NCBI GenBank assembly: GCA_964557005.1 | Contig: CAZKYI010000004.1 | Coordinates: 38,111-102,110, forward strand | DNA length: 64,000 nt | Source of the DNA: an uncultured Pseudomonadales bacterium | GTDB lineage: Bacteria > Pseudomonadota > Gammaproteobacteria > Pseudomonadales > JBECKS01 | Reading direction: 5' to 3' | Shown here: positions 49,475 through 58,542 of the stretch, one piece after another | Numbering within the stretch: position 1 is the first letter of the stretch | How the letters are laid out: the number at the start of each line of letters is the position of its first letter | Program-made: the position numbers and the translations under genes | The notes under the pieces: model-generated | The model's input: the letters and a program-made list of their open reading frames with translations, nothing else | Databases searched by the model: none | What the model was told of the DNA's origin: nothing

Positions 49475-51127
49475 CTACTTGGCTACATTCACATTCAACA
49501 CCAGTTGTTGTCCGGGTTTCAGATAGCGTTCGCTCTGGAGATTATTCCACTGGCGAATATCGTTGACGTTCACATTAAAACGGCTGGCAATGCGTGAAAG
49601 GGAATCTCCGCTTTTTACGGTGTAGTAAACTTTTCGATAAACACTGCGCTGCTGGCTGCTTTCCTGTAATACCCAGATGTTAAGTTTTTCACCTTGCTTG
49701 AGCGTATCGCCAGGTGCCATACCATTCCACGCTGCAAGTTCGCGCACACCCACATTATGTTTTTTTCCAATACTCCAGAAGCTGTCATTGGCCTGCACCG
49801 TGTAGCTGATGCGTTCGCGGCCACTGCGTTCCCTGTGACTCAGTGCCTGCTTGCGTTGTTCCTGCGAAAGCGAATAGCTTGATGAATTGTTGAGTGGTTT
49901 GGGAATCATCAGCGTATCGCCAATGCGAATGTTATTGTTACTCAAATTGTTTACCGATTTTAAAAAGTCGGTATTGATTTTATTTCTGTCGGCAATGTTG
50001 CTCAGCGTGTCGCCACTTTTAACGGTGTAGCGTTTCCATGCCAAACGGTCCTGTTTGGGAAGTTGTTCAAGATTATGTTCAAACACAAAACGGTTTTCCC
50101 AAGGCACCAGTAAATGGCGATTTTTGTCAGGGTCGCTTGCCCAGCGATTAAAGCCGGGGTTGAGCAGGTACATCATTTCGGTATCGACATCAGCGAGATT
50201 TGCAGCTTGCGATAAATCGATTTGGCCATGCGCATCGACTTCATCAAAATACGGTGCGTTGGGAATGTACCTGAGTTCTATGCTGTATTTTTCAGGCTTC
50301 ATCACCAGTTGTGAGAGCGCAATCAGCTTGGGCACATAATCGGAAGTTTCCTTCGGTAAGCTGAGTGACCAGAAATCGGTTGGTTTCCCCATCGCTTCAT
50401 TGTTTTGCATGGCGCGTTTTACCGTGCCCGGGCCTGAATTATATGCTGCCAATGCCAGCAACCAGTCACCATCGAACTGCTTGTGTAATCTTTCAAGAAA
50501 ATTCAGTGCGGCTTGCGTTGAAGCGACCACATCACGACGGCCTTCGTACCACCAGTTGTCTTCCAATTTAAAAATTCTTCCAGTGCTCGGAATAAATTGC
50601 CACATACCAGCCGCACGACCATGCGAATAGGCGAAGGGGTCGAGGCTGCTTTCTATCACAGGTAATAAGGCAATCTCTGAAGGCATGTCGCGCTTTTTGA
50701 CTTCTTCCTTGATGTAATAGAGATACAGTTCGCCACGCTCACCAATGATATTGAAATACCTTTGCCGTCGATCATAAATGGCGAGATGTTGGCGCACGCG
50801 CGAATTATCCACGCCTTCACTGAAACGAAAATCTTTTCGCAACTCGTCCCAAACGCTGTTTAAACTGCCGAGCCATTCAGGATTTTGTGCAGTACACAGT
50901 GCTTCGTCTTGCTGGGCTTTACTGAGCGCCTGTGGGTCAGAAATTTTTGTTTCGCCTTCAAGTTTTGCCTGATTGGAAGCACAAGCGCTTAGGGAAAAAC
51001 AGAGCAGCGAAAGTAAAAAATAATTTAAAAAAATGCGCGGGTTGGAAAAAATCAAGCAACTGCCTAAATCTGATTGGACAAGTAGGTGTGAGGCTTTATT
51101 ATATTCACGTGCAAATACGAATAACAA
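49475..51127 (-). CDS. mltD: membrane-bound lytic murein transglycosylase D (SLT domain plus 3 LysM), lipoprotein
   Basis: SLT catalytic block IESSLDPFAYSHGRAAGMWQFIP, three YTV..GD(S/T)...I LysM repeats, and the lipobox LCFSLSAC. The maximal ORF is given here. The true start is probably downstream, for example the TTG at 51055. Confidence 0.9.
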   Translation of the reverse strand: MLFVFAREYNKASHLLVQSDLGSCLIFSNPRIFLNYFLLSLLCFSLSACASNQAKLEGETKISDPQALSKAQQDEALCTAQNPEWLGSLNSVWDELRKDFRFSEGVDNSRVRQHLAIYDRRQRYFNIIGERGELYLYYIKEEVKKRDMPSEIALLPVIESSLDPFAYSHGRAAGMWQFIPSTGRIFKLEDNWWYEGRRDVVASTQAALNFLERLHKQFDGDWLLALAAYNSGPGTVKRAMQNNEAMGKPTDFWSLSLPKETSDYVPKLIALSQLVMKPEKYSIELRYIPNAPYFDEVDAHGQIDLSQAANLADVDTEMMYLLNPGFNRWASDPDKNRHLLVPWENRFVFEHNLEQLPKQDRLAWKRYTVKSGDTLSNIADRNKINTDFLKSVNNLSNNNIRIGDTLMIPKPLNNSSSYSLSQEQRKQALSHRERSGRERISYTVQANDSFWSIGKKHNVGVRELAAWNGMAPGDTLKQGEKLNIWVLQESSQQRSVYRKVYYTVKSGDSLSRIASRFNVNVNDIRQWNNLQSERYLKPGQQLVLNVNVAK

Positions 51128-51152
51128 TACAAGTGATAGATGGGTTAATCCG

Positions 51153-51926
51153 ATGGCACTTCCTCGTTTGGTAAAATCATTTGGACGGCCTCAGCCAGAT
51201 GGGATTAAGCAGGCATTGGCAAGCTGGTTTGATACGGAATTGGGTAATGCCTTGTTAGACAAACAAAGTGCAATGCTGGAAAAAGTGTTACCCCAATTAT
51301 TTGGGTATCATGTGCTCTATTCAGGTTTTGAAAAATTAAATCCCGTCATTGAAAACAGCCCCATCAGGCACAAGGTTTTTCTTGAAAACAGACAAAGCCA
51401 ACTGCGCAGCAACATTCACAATTTGCCTTTTAAATCGGATTCATCGGATTTGGTGGTGCTGCATCACAGCCTTGATCTGGAACAAGACCCGTTTCAGGTG
51501 TTGCGCGAAGCGACACGGGTTGTCTTGCCTAGTGGTAAATTGCTGATTATCGGTTTTAATCCCTGGAGTCTGTGGGGCTTGTGGCGCAACCTGCTGTTTC
51601 GTTCTGTACGTGCACCCTGGAGTGCGCGTTTCATCAGCCCTTATCGTTTGGCGGAATGGCTCGATATTCTGGGTTTTGATGTGGAAGGGGTAGAAAGTGC
51701 GTTTTACATGCCGCCTGTGGCATCGTTGGTACATCGCGATTCAGGCAAATGGCTGGAGCAGTTTGGCAGTGCCTGGTTTGCTCAACGCGGTGCTTTCTAT
51801 GTGCTGTTGGCCAATAAGCGGGTTTCCTGCATTACGCCAGTCCGTTTACGCAGAAAAGCACTACGCCCCAAAGTCATACCCGTTGCAGTGAGTGGCAAAG
51901 TCATTCCCTTTAATGATCAACAATAA
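51153..51926 (+). CDS. class I SAM-dependent methyltransferase (YafS-like)
   Basis: Starts at the ATG at 51153 (MALPRLVK...). It sits in the conserved position between mltD and rnhA. The motif is VVLHHSLDLEQDPFQVLREATRVVLPSGKLLIIGFNP. Confidence 0.8.
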   Translation: MALPRLVKSFGRPQPDGIKQALASWFDTELGNALLDKQSAMLEKVLPQLFGYHVLYSGFEKLNPVIENSPIRHKVFLENRQSQLRSNIHNLPFKSDSSDLVVLHHSLDLEQDPFQVLREATRVVLPSGKLLIIGFNPWSLWGLWRNLLFRSVRAPWSARFISPYRLAEWLDILGFDVEGVESAFYMPPVASLVHRDSGKWLEQFGSAWFAQRGAFYVLLANKRVSCITPVRLRRKALRPKVIPVAVSGKVIPFNDQQ

Positions 51927-51938
51927 GTTGCAGTGTTC

Positions 51939-52385
51939 ATGAAACAAATCGAGATTTTTACCGACGGTGCCTGTCGAGGTAATCCTGGCCCTGGCGGCTG
52001 GGGTGCTGTTTTACGCTTTAAGGGCACGGAAAAAGAAATTTATGGTGCTGCACCTCACACCACCAACAATCAGATGGAACTCCAGGCAGCGATTGAAGCG
52101 CTTTCCTGTTTGAAAGAACCGTGTGAAGTGAAGCTCACCACCGATTCAGAGTATGTGCGCAAAGGTATTACCGAGTGGATAGATGGCTGGAAACAGAAGG
52201 CATGGAAAAATTCGCAGAAACAACCCGTGAAAAACAAGGAATACTGGCAAGTGCTGGATTTGCTTAATAAAAAACATACGGTGACATGGTTATGGGTAAA
52301 AGGCCATGCTGGTCACCCTGAAAACGAAAGGGCAGATGCGCTGGCCAACAAAGCGATTGATGAATTACTGGAGCAACAGGCATGA
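51939..52385 (+). CDS. rnhA: ribonuclease HI
   Basis: The [23 protein letters not shown]-terminus matches E. coli RnhA closely. The ORF track begins at a GTG at 51933. Confidence 0.95.
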   Translation: MKQIEIFTDGACRGNPGPGGWGAVLRFKGTEKEIYGAAPHTTNNQMELQAAIEALSCLKEPCEVKLTTDSEYVRKGITEWIDGWKQKAWKNSQKQPVKNKEYWQVLDLLNKKHTVTWLWVKGHAGHPENERADALANKAIDELLEQQA

Positions 52386-53086
52386 GACAGGTGGTACTCG
52401 ATACTGAAACGACAGGCTTACGCACTGAGGACGGCAATCGCATTATTGAAATTGGCTGCGTAGAGTTGATTAACCGCAAGCTCACAGGCAGGAATTTTCA
52501 TGTCTATATCAATCCTGAACGCGACAGTGAAGCGGGTGCGCTTGAAGTTCATGGCCTGACAACGGACTTCCTGAGTGACAAGCCGCTGTTTGCAGACATT
52601 GCACAGGGCTTTATCGATTATGTGAAAGATGCCGAGCTGATTATCCATAATGCGCCGTTTGATGTGGGCTTTCTGGATTATGAGTTGTCATTGCTGGAAG
52701 GCAGGCAGGCACGCATGGAAGACTTGTGCGAAGTTGTCGATACGCTGGCCTTGGCCAAACAATTACATCCAGGTTCCAAACATAGTCTGGATGCACTGTG
52801 TAAACGCTATGAGGTGGATAACTCTGGCAGGGAATTGCATGGCGCATTGCTCGATGCGGAATTGTTGGCTGATGTTTTTCTGTTGATGACAGGAGGACAA
52901 AGGGATTTGTCGTGGGACGGACAAGAGGGCGGTTCTTCCTACGGCAAGCAGGAATATGTGGCGAAAAAAATCGAGCGTTCGGGCGTTGTACTGAAGGTGT
53001 TCATGGCCAGTGATGATGAACTGGCCGCCCATGAAAGCATGTTGCAGCACATGGCCAAACAAGCCGAAGTTGTCTGGAAATCCTGA
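52382..53086 (+). CDS. dnaQ: DNA polymerase III subunit epsilon (3'-5' proofreading exonuclease)
   Basis: 234 aa. Exo[11 protein letters not shown], Exo[12 protein letters not shown] and Exo[16 protein letters not shown]. An ATGA overlap couples it to rnhA. Confidence 0.96.
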   Translation: MRQVVLDTETTGLRTEDGNRIIEIGCVELINRKLTGRNFHVYINPERDSEAGALEVHGLTTDFLSDKPLFADIAQGFIDYVKDAELIIHNAPFDVGFLDYELSLLEGRQARMEDLCEVVDTLALAKQLHPGSKHSLDALCKRYEVDNSGRELHGALLDAELLADVFLLMTGGQRDLSWDGQEGGSSYGKQEYVAKKIERSGVVLKVFMASDDELAAHESMLQHMAKQAEVVWKS

Positions 53087-53205
53087 GTCTGAAAACGGCT
53101 ACACCATGCTCACGCGAGCATGAGGAATACAGAATAAATTGCTGAATTACTTCGAAAATGCTGTAATCTACGGACAATTTTTAACCCGCTTTCCGATACA
53201 TTGAG

Positions 53206-54876
53206 ATGAGTATGTTCGTCGAAAATCAGACCGCCATCGAAAAAAATATCCTGCCACTCAATATCATCAAGTCAGAAATTGATGCGACTTTGGCAGAGAT
53301 TGAAGCACTGTTCGAAGCCTTTGATGATAACCGCAGTGATACCTCCAAGCTCACGCAATGTATTGAACATTTTGAACAATTAAAGGGTGTGTTTCAGGTC
53401 ATTATGTTATCTGGTGCGTCACTGCTGGTTGAAGCGATGGCGCAAGCCACACAACTAAGCCTTGAGCAAGCTAACGAAGAGCGTGATAACACCCTGAGTA
53501 AAATCAGCAGCTCGATTGTGCTGCTGGTGCGTTATCTGGAATATGTTGAGCTGACCCAATCGGGTTTGCCTGAATTATTGTTTGCCAGCATTAACGAGCT
53601 GCGTGTGCTGTGTAAGGAAAAGCCGTTAACCGAAAGCCATTTTTTTGAACTCGATCTCAAGGGTTTCGATGTCAGTCAGGTTAAACCCCTGAATACTGTA
53701 GACAGCAGTACACGACGTTTGCGCCACATGTATCAGGTGGGCTTGCTCGGTTCCTTCAAAGATGAAAATCTGAAGTCGAACTACCGCATGATGGCCAGAG
53801 CGCTGCAAAGGCTAAACGGCTTGTATCAGGATGCACATGGCTTGCCTTTGTTGCGTATTTGTAATGCTGCGATTGATGCACTGATTTCAGGCAATCTGAA
53901 ACTTACGCAAGCACGCAAGTTGATGCTTGGACGCATTGACAGGCAAGTAAAGCATTTATTGAATCCAGTCGCGGGTGACAGTGATGAAGCGGCTGTTATC
54001 ACCCTGATTAAAGATTGTCTTTATCTGGTTGCACTGGCCGAACCCAATACCGACCTGATTCAATCGGTACAGGCAGAATTCAATCTCAAAAGTTTTAATC
54101 TCAATGAAGCACTGATTCAGCAGGAAAGGGAATTGATGACCGGCCCAAGCGCTTCGGTGATTCGTTCGGTATCTGGCGCACTGCGTGAAGAAATCGCGTT
54201 GTTGAAAGACAAGCTGGATGTGATTGCAAGGTCTGGTGATGCCAATGGACTAACAGGCCTGGGCACGGATTTGAAAAAAGTTTCTTACACGCTGGTGATG
54301 CTGGGTTTGACGCTGGCGAGTGAGCAGCTCAACAAGCAAATTGAAACGCTGGTCAGTTCAAGTGATTTTGAAACACATATACGCGAACTGGCAGATTCAC
54401 TGGTTTTTATTGAACGCTCCATTGCGCGGCTTGAACAAAATAATACACCGCTAAAAGCCAATACCTCGGAAGAAAGCCCTGAGCAGGCGCTCGAACTGGA
54501 TCGGGTGGTTTTCAGTGTGGTAGTTGAAACAAGAAAAATTATTGCCAGTGTGCAACATGCTTTAGGCAGTTTCGCAGAAAATAATTTTAACCTGACCTAC
54601 CTTGAAAATACGGTTGAAAATTTGCACTCCGCATGGGGCGGCGTATTTTTCCTGAATATTGAAAGAGCTGCCAGACAGCTTGAACAAAGCGCGCGTTTTA
54701 TTTCTGACAAATTGCTCGGTGATGACGGCGAGAAAGATGTGGCACGTTTGCATACGCTGGCAGATGTATTGGTCAGTATTGATTATTACCTTGAAAGTAT
54801 TGAGGATAAGAAACCACTGGGTGATGGTGCTCTGGATATTGCTGAAGAAAGCCTTGCCGAACTGGGTTACGCATAA
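53206..54876 (+). CDS. FimL-like protein (ChpA N-terminus-like, degenerate Hpt domains)
   Basis: 556 aa and all-helical looking. The N-terminal block SEIDATLAEIEALFEAF...EQLKGVFQVIMLSGA resembles an Hpt helix pair, but the canonical His position is occupied by Glu. Its size and its proximity to rnhA-dnaQ resemble P. aeruginosa fimL (from memory). Confidence 0.45.
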   Translation: MSMFVENQTAIEKNILPLNIIKSEIDATLAEIEALFEAFDDNRSDTSKLTQCIEHFEQLKGVFQVIMLSGASLLVEAMAQATQLSLEQANEERDNTLSKISSSIVLLVRYLEYVELTQSGLPELLFASINELRVLCKEKPLTESHFFELDLKGFDVSQVKPLNTVDSSTRRLRHMYQVGLLGSFKDENLKSNYRMMARALQRLNGLYQDAHGLPLLRICNAAIDALISGNLKLTQARKLMLGRIDRQVKHLLNPVAGDSDEAAVITLIKDCLYLVALAEPNTDLIQSVQAEFNLKSFNLNEALIQQERELMTGPSASVIRSVSGALREEIALLKDKLDVIARSGDANGLTGLGTDLKKVSYTLVMLGLTLASEQLNKQIETLVSSSDFETHIRELADSLVFIERSIARLEQNNTPLKANTSEESPEQALELDRVVFSVVVETRKIIASVQHALGSFAENNFNLTYLENTVENLHSAWGGVFFLNIERAARQLEQSARFISDKLLGDDGEKDVARLHTLADVLVSIDYYLESIEDKKPLGDGALDIAEESLAELGYA

Positions 54877-54898
54877 CAATAAAAAATACGGGAACATT

Positions 54899-55537
54899 AT
54901 GGAATTCAATATTATTACAATCAGTCTGCTCAGTATTGCGGTGATTAACGTACTCATCGGTTTTGTTTTGCTGGTACGTTTTGAATGGTTTAAAGGTTGG
55001 TTAATCGGAAGTATAGGTCTGGGCGCATTAACCGTATCGCTGTTGTGCAGTGTGATTATTTTAAGTTTCAATTCCTACGCCAGCAGTTCCAAAACCGATT
55101 CGGTGGCTACGGTGAGTTTCAAGCAGATTGGAACCAAACATTTCAAGGTGGAGCTTGCACAGACTCAGGGTAACAAGCACGTTTTCGAGCTAAAAGGGGA
55201 TATGTGGCAGGTTGAAGCCAATATTTTAAGCTGGAATCATTTTTTTGAGAGTCAGGGTTTGAAGCCCTATTATCAGGTAAACAAAATCACTTCGAGTTAT
55301 TTGTTATTGAGAGATGCCGAGCGCTTGCCTAACAGCTCGATAGAAGTGAAGGGCGGCATTGCTGATCGCATTCTTAACGAATTGGCGATGAATGGTTCGC
55401 TTCCCTTGTTGAAATCGAAAATCGGCACCACAGGTGCTTTACCAATGGCAGATGGTGCCTTGTTTTCTATTCGTTTGAATCGGGCAGGGCTGGTGACCAA
55501 ACCGGAAAACCAGAATGCCTTTAACGCGATTCGATAA
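54899..55537 (+). CDS. hypothetical membrane protein (2 TM helices plus a roughly 140-aa domain)
   Basis: 212 aa from the ATG at 54899 (MEFNIITISLLSIAVINVLIGFVLLV...). The longer ORF-track version overlaps the previous gene. Confidence 0.6.
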   Translation: MEFNIITISLLSIAVINVLIGFVLLVRFEWFKGWLIGSIGLGALTVSLLCSVIILSFNSYASSSKTDSVATVSFKQIGTKHFKVELAQTQGNKHVFELKGDMWQVEANILSWNHFFESQGLKPYYQVNKITSSYLLLRDAERLPNSSIEVKGGIADRILNELAMNGSLPLLKSKIGTTGALPMADGALFSIRLNRAGLVTKPENQNAFNAIR

Positions 55538-55566
55538 TATCTTTTCACTTTTTTTGGAGAACTTTT

Positions 55567-56619
55567 GTGCTGGAATTTTTGGCTGACTATGGCCTGTTTT
55601 TTGCTAAAGCTGTAACCATTCTGGGTGTGGTGTTGCTCATTCTTGGTGCCATTTTTTCCGGCGCACAAAGAAGCAAACAGGACAGACAAGGCAATATCAA
55701 AACCAAACATCTCAATAAAGAATTAAAGGAGATGCAGGAGCAAATGCTGGAAGTTTTGCTCACTGAAGACGAATTAAAACAAAAGCACAAAGAACACAAA
55801 AAACTGGACAAGCAAAAAAAGAAAGCCGAAAAAAAACAGGCAAAAGGAGATGCTCAAGCCCATACACCGCGTTTGTTTGTGATTGATTTCGACGGTGATA
55901 AGGAAGGCAATCAGGTAGAAAACCTGCGCAGGGAAGTGACTGCCTTGCTCAGTGTCGCCGATAAAGGTGATGAAGTGTTATTAAGAGTTGAAAGCCCGGG
56001 CGGCATGGTACATACCTATGGCCTGGCGGCTGCACAATTGGAGCGCATTAAAAAAGCAGGTTTGCATTTGACCATTTCTGTCGACAAGGTAGCAGCGAGT
56101 GGTGGCTATTTAATGGCCTGTATTGCCGACAAATTACTCGCAGCACCTTTTGCCATTGTCGGTAGTGTAGGTGTGTTAGTCGAGATTACCAACTTCAATA
56201 AATTACTGAAGAAAAACAATATCGATGTTGAAGTGCTCACTGCGGGTGAATACAAACATACCATTTCCATGCTTGGCGAAATTACCCCTGAAGCTCGCGA
56301 AAAAACGCTTGAAGAATTGCATAGTGTGCACACCATGTTCAAAAATTTCGTGAGCAAATATCGTCCGCAACTGGATATTGAAAAAATTGCAACGGGTGAA
56401 TACTGGCACGGCTCACAAGCCATTGAACTCAACATGGTCGATGAGTTAATCACCAGTGATGAGTATCTGTGTAAAAAGTGCGATGACGAGGTAGAAGTAT
56501 TTGAAATTTCCTACAAGGAAAAGGAAACATTAGGTGACCGTCTGGGCATTGCGTTAGCCGCAAGTCTTGATCGTGCCATGAATACGCTGCTTAAACGCCT
56601 GCATAAACCTGTTGTGTAG
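55567..56619 (+). CDS. sohB: S49-family inner-membrane peptidase SohB
   Basis: 350 aa with a GTG start. The N-terminus LEFLADYGLFFAKAVTI parallels E. coli SohB. It has a Lys-rich linker and the S49 block VDKVAASGGYLMAC. Confidence 0.9.
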   Translation: MLEFLADYGLFFAKAVTILGVVLLILGAIFSGAQRSKQDRQGNIKTKHLNKELKEMQEQMLEVLLTEDELKQKHKEHKKLDKQKKKAEKKQAKGDAQAHTPRLFVIDFDGDKEGNQVENLRREVTALLSVADKGDEVLLRVESPGGMVHTYGLAAAQLERIKKAGLHLTISVDKVAASGGYLMACIADKLLAAPFAIVGSVGVLVEITNFNKLLKKNNIDVEVLTAGEYKHTISMLGEITPEAREKTLEELHSVHTMFKNFVSKYRPQLDIEKIATGEYWHGSQAIELNMVDELITSDEYLCKKCDDEVEVFEISYKEKETLGDRLGIALAASLDRAMNTLLKRLHKPVV

Positions 56620-56628
56620 CTTCCCGTT

Positions 56629-56674
56629 TTTGGTGCCAATAGCGTAGGGCTCGCACCAAATCGATTCATTTTTT
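56629..56674 (+). terminator. candidate sohB terminator with an alternative pairing partner
   Basis: TTTGGTGC (56629-56636) pairs with GCACCAAA (56653-56660), and a T6 run follows (56669-56674). The 3' arm can instead pair with TTGGTGCGA (56676-56684). Confidence 0.4.
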
Positions 56675-56767
56675 GTTGGTGCGAACTATAAGCGCTCACT
56701 TTCCTGATGAAATAAAAGCTGGCTTAAAAATTGCTTTATCTGGTTATTTCCAAGAGAGGCAATAAAT

Positions 56768-58048
56768 ATGCAGTTAATTCCCTTGATGGATACTCAGCCG
56801 GCATTGACGCTGAATTTTTTAGAGGGATTTATAAAAAAGGAAGAAAAGCAGTTTATGGGTGTGTGCGACGTGGTATCGATTGGCAGTTGTTTCCAGCCAG
56901 TCTACAGCTTTGCCCATCAACGAATTGTTGGCTATGAAGCTTTAGCGAGGCCAATATCAAAAGGGGGGCAGGCCATCAGCCCGTTGACCCTGTTTTCAAG
57001 TTCCAAAACTCAGGCCAATACTGTCTTTATGGATCGTCTTTGTCGTGCGGTGCATGTCAAAAATTTTGTTCAGCAAGGGAATCAGGATGCGTGGTTATTC
57101 CTGAATATCAATCCAGCCGTGATGAAGGACGGCAAGCAATTTGGCAGTTTTTTCAGTGAAATGCTTGAGCAAAATCATTTATCACCCAAGCGCATTGTGG
57201 TTGAAGTGCTGGAGAATCAAATTGCCAATGAACAATTACTCGATGAGTCAATTCAGTATTATCGTGAGCTGGGTTGTCTCATAGCGATTGATGATTTTGG
57301 CGTTGGCCAATCCAATTTTGATCGCATCTGGCGGCTTAAGCCACATATCATCAAACTCGATAGAGCAGTGATAGAACAAGCCCAGAGTGACTCTGCCATG
57401 AAGCGGGTGCTTCCCGGTTTTGTCAGTTTGATTCATCAGGCAGGTAGTCTTGCGTTAATCGAGGGTGTAGAAACAGAAGCGCAAGCGATGATTGCCCTGG
57501 AAGCAGATATTGATTTTGTTCAGGGTTATTTTTTTGCCAAACCGGAAAGGGAACTCCTGATATTGGTTAAAAAGAATAATCCTGAAATTACATCGCTGTT
57601 TGAAAAAATGCGAAAACAAAGTGAAAGCGAGCAGCTTTCATGGAAGTTACAAAAACGTAGTTATACCAATGCGTTTCTGGAAGCCTGCAAGAAAATTAAA
57701 ACGGAACAGGAAGTAGAAAGCAGCTTGCAGGATTTTCTTGATTTGTCTCATGTAAAACGTGCTTACATTCTGGATAATCAAGGCAAGCAAGAGGGCAGAA
57801 ATTACTTACCGCCAAGCACATCTGTCCATGAAGATATGCGCTTCTCTCCACTACATGACGGCAGTAATGCCATCTGGGCGCGGCGTATTTATTACCGCAA
57901 GGCAGTAGAGGAACCTGGGCATATACACATCAGCAAACCTTATCTTTCAATTACTGAAGGCGAGTTGTGCGTTACCCTGTCTATGGCAATTACAACCCCT
58001 GTTGGATTGCGTGTTGTATGTGGTGATATTGAACCGTTTTGGCTTTAA
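56768..58048 (+). CDS. EAL-domain c-di-GMP phosphodiesterase with a C-terminal Cache/PAS-like domain
   Basis: 426 aa. The catalytic set appears complete: EALAR, LNIN, EVLE, DDFG, KLD, EGVE and QGYFFAKP. The C-terminal 150 aa resemble a Cache fold (ARRIYYRKAVEEPGHIHISKPYLSITEGELCVTLS). No TM segment is present. Confidence 0.85.
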   Translation: MQLIPLMDTQPALTLNFLEGFIKKEEKQFMGVCDVVSIGSCFQPVYSFAHQRIVGYEALARPISKGGQAISPLTLFSSSKTQANTVFMDRLCRAVHVKNFVQQGNQDAWLFLNINPAVMKDGKQFGSFFSEMLEQNHLSPKRIVVEVLENQIANEQLLDESIQYYRELGCLIAIDDFGVGQSNFDRIWRLKPHIIKLDRAVIEQAQSDSAMKRVLPGFVSLIHQAGSLALIEGVETEAQAMIALEADIDFVQGYFFAKPERELLILVKKNNPEITSLFEKMRKQSESEQLSWKLQKRSYTNAFLEACKKIKTEQEVESSLQDFLDLSHVKRAYILDNQGKQEGRNYLPPSTSVHEDMRFSPLHDGSNAIWARRIYYRKAVEEPGHIHISKPYLSITEGELCVTLSMAITTPVGLRVVCGDIEPFWL

Positions 58049-58101
58049 TGGTTTATGACGAAGGAAAGTTAGTGCCTAACGATTGGAACAACATGTGCAG
58101 C

Positions 58102-58542
58102 TTATCTTAAATAAACAGGCTTCGGTTCAAGCACATCGGCCTGATATTTTTGGCTGAACACATCAAAAGCGGTGAGTGCTTTTTGTGCATCTTTTCCATC
58201 GGCGAGTTCAAACGCATCAAAACCACAACGCAGCATGGAATGTAATTGATCGGGCAACACATCGCCGACGGCACGAATCTCACCGTGATAATGTTTAACA
58301 AGCCTCAAATCACGCGCAACGCTGTAGCCACGACCATCGGTAAAGATGGGAAAATCCACCGCAATATAGGCTGCTTTTTCAAAGTGAGCAGGCAAGTGAT
58401 CAACACTTTGATCGCTTTCAATTAACAGTGCGATGTGTCCTTCGTTTAACAAGGCTTCATGCGCTTCGGAAAATGTTTTCAGGGAAATGCGCTCTATAGT
58501 GTCCAGTGCATGAATCTGTTTATTTTTTATGAGCGTTGGCAT
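58102..58542 (-). CDS. DUF934-family protein (sulfite-reductase-associated)
   Basis: 146 aa, directly downstream of cysI with a 23-nt overlap, as in Pseudomonas-type cysI loci. It contains the FTDGRGYS motif. Confidence 0.75.
   Translation of the reverse strand: MPTLIKNKQIHALDTIERISLKTFSEAHEALLNEGHIALLIESDQSVDHLPAHFEKAAYIAVDFPIFTDGRGYSVARDLRLVKHYHGEIRAVGDVLPDQLHSMLRCGFDAFELADGKDAQKALTAFDVFSQKYQADVLEPKPVYLR

Noticed and set aside
51033-51152. 5' extension of the methyltransferase ORF overlapping the mltD start region
   Set aside because: The extension is antisense to the mltD signal-peptide codons, and the ATG at 51153 gives a normal-length YafS-like protein.
53105-53122. 7-bp hairpin CATGCTC-acgc-GAGCATG after dnaQ, considered as a terminator or a tRNA fragment
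   Set aside because: No U-tract follows it. The 119-nt spacer has no cloverleaf-compatible arms or GTTC/TPsiC-like box, so it is not callable.
54659-54898. 5' extension of the 2-TM protein ORF overlapping the 3' end of the FimL-like gene
   Set aside because: The extension lies wholly inside the preceding, better-supported CDS in another frame. The ATG at 54899 sits directly before the first TM helix.
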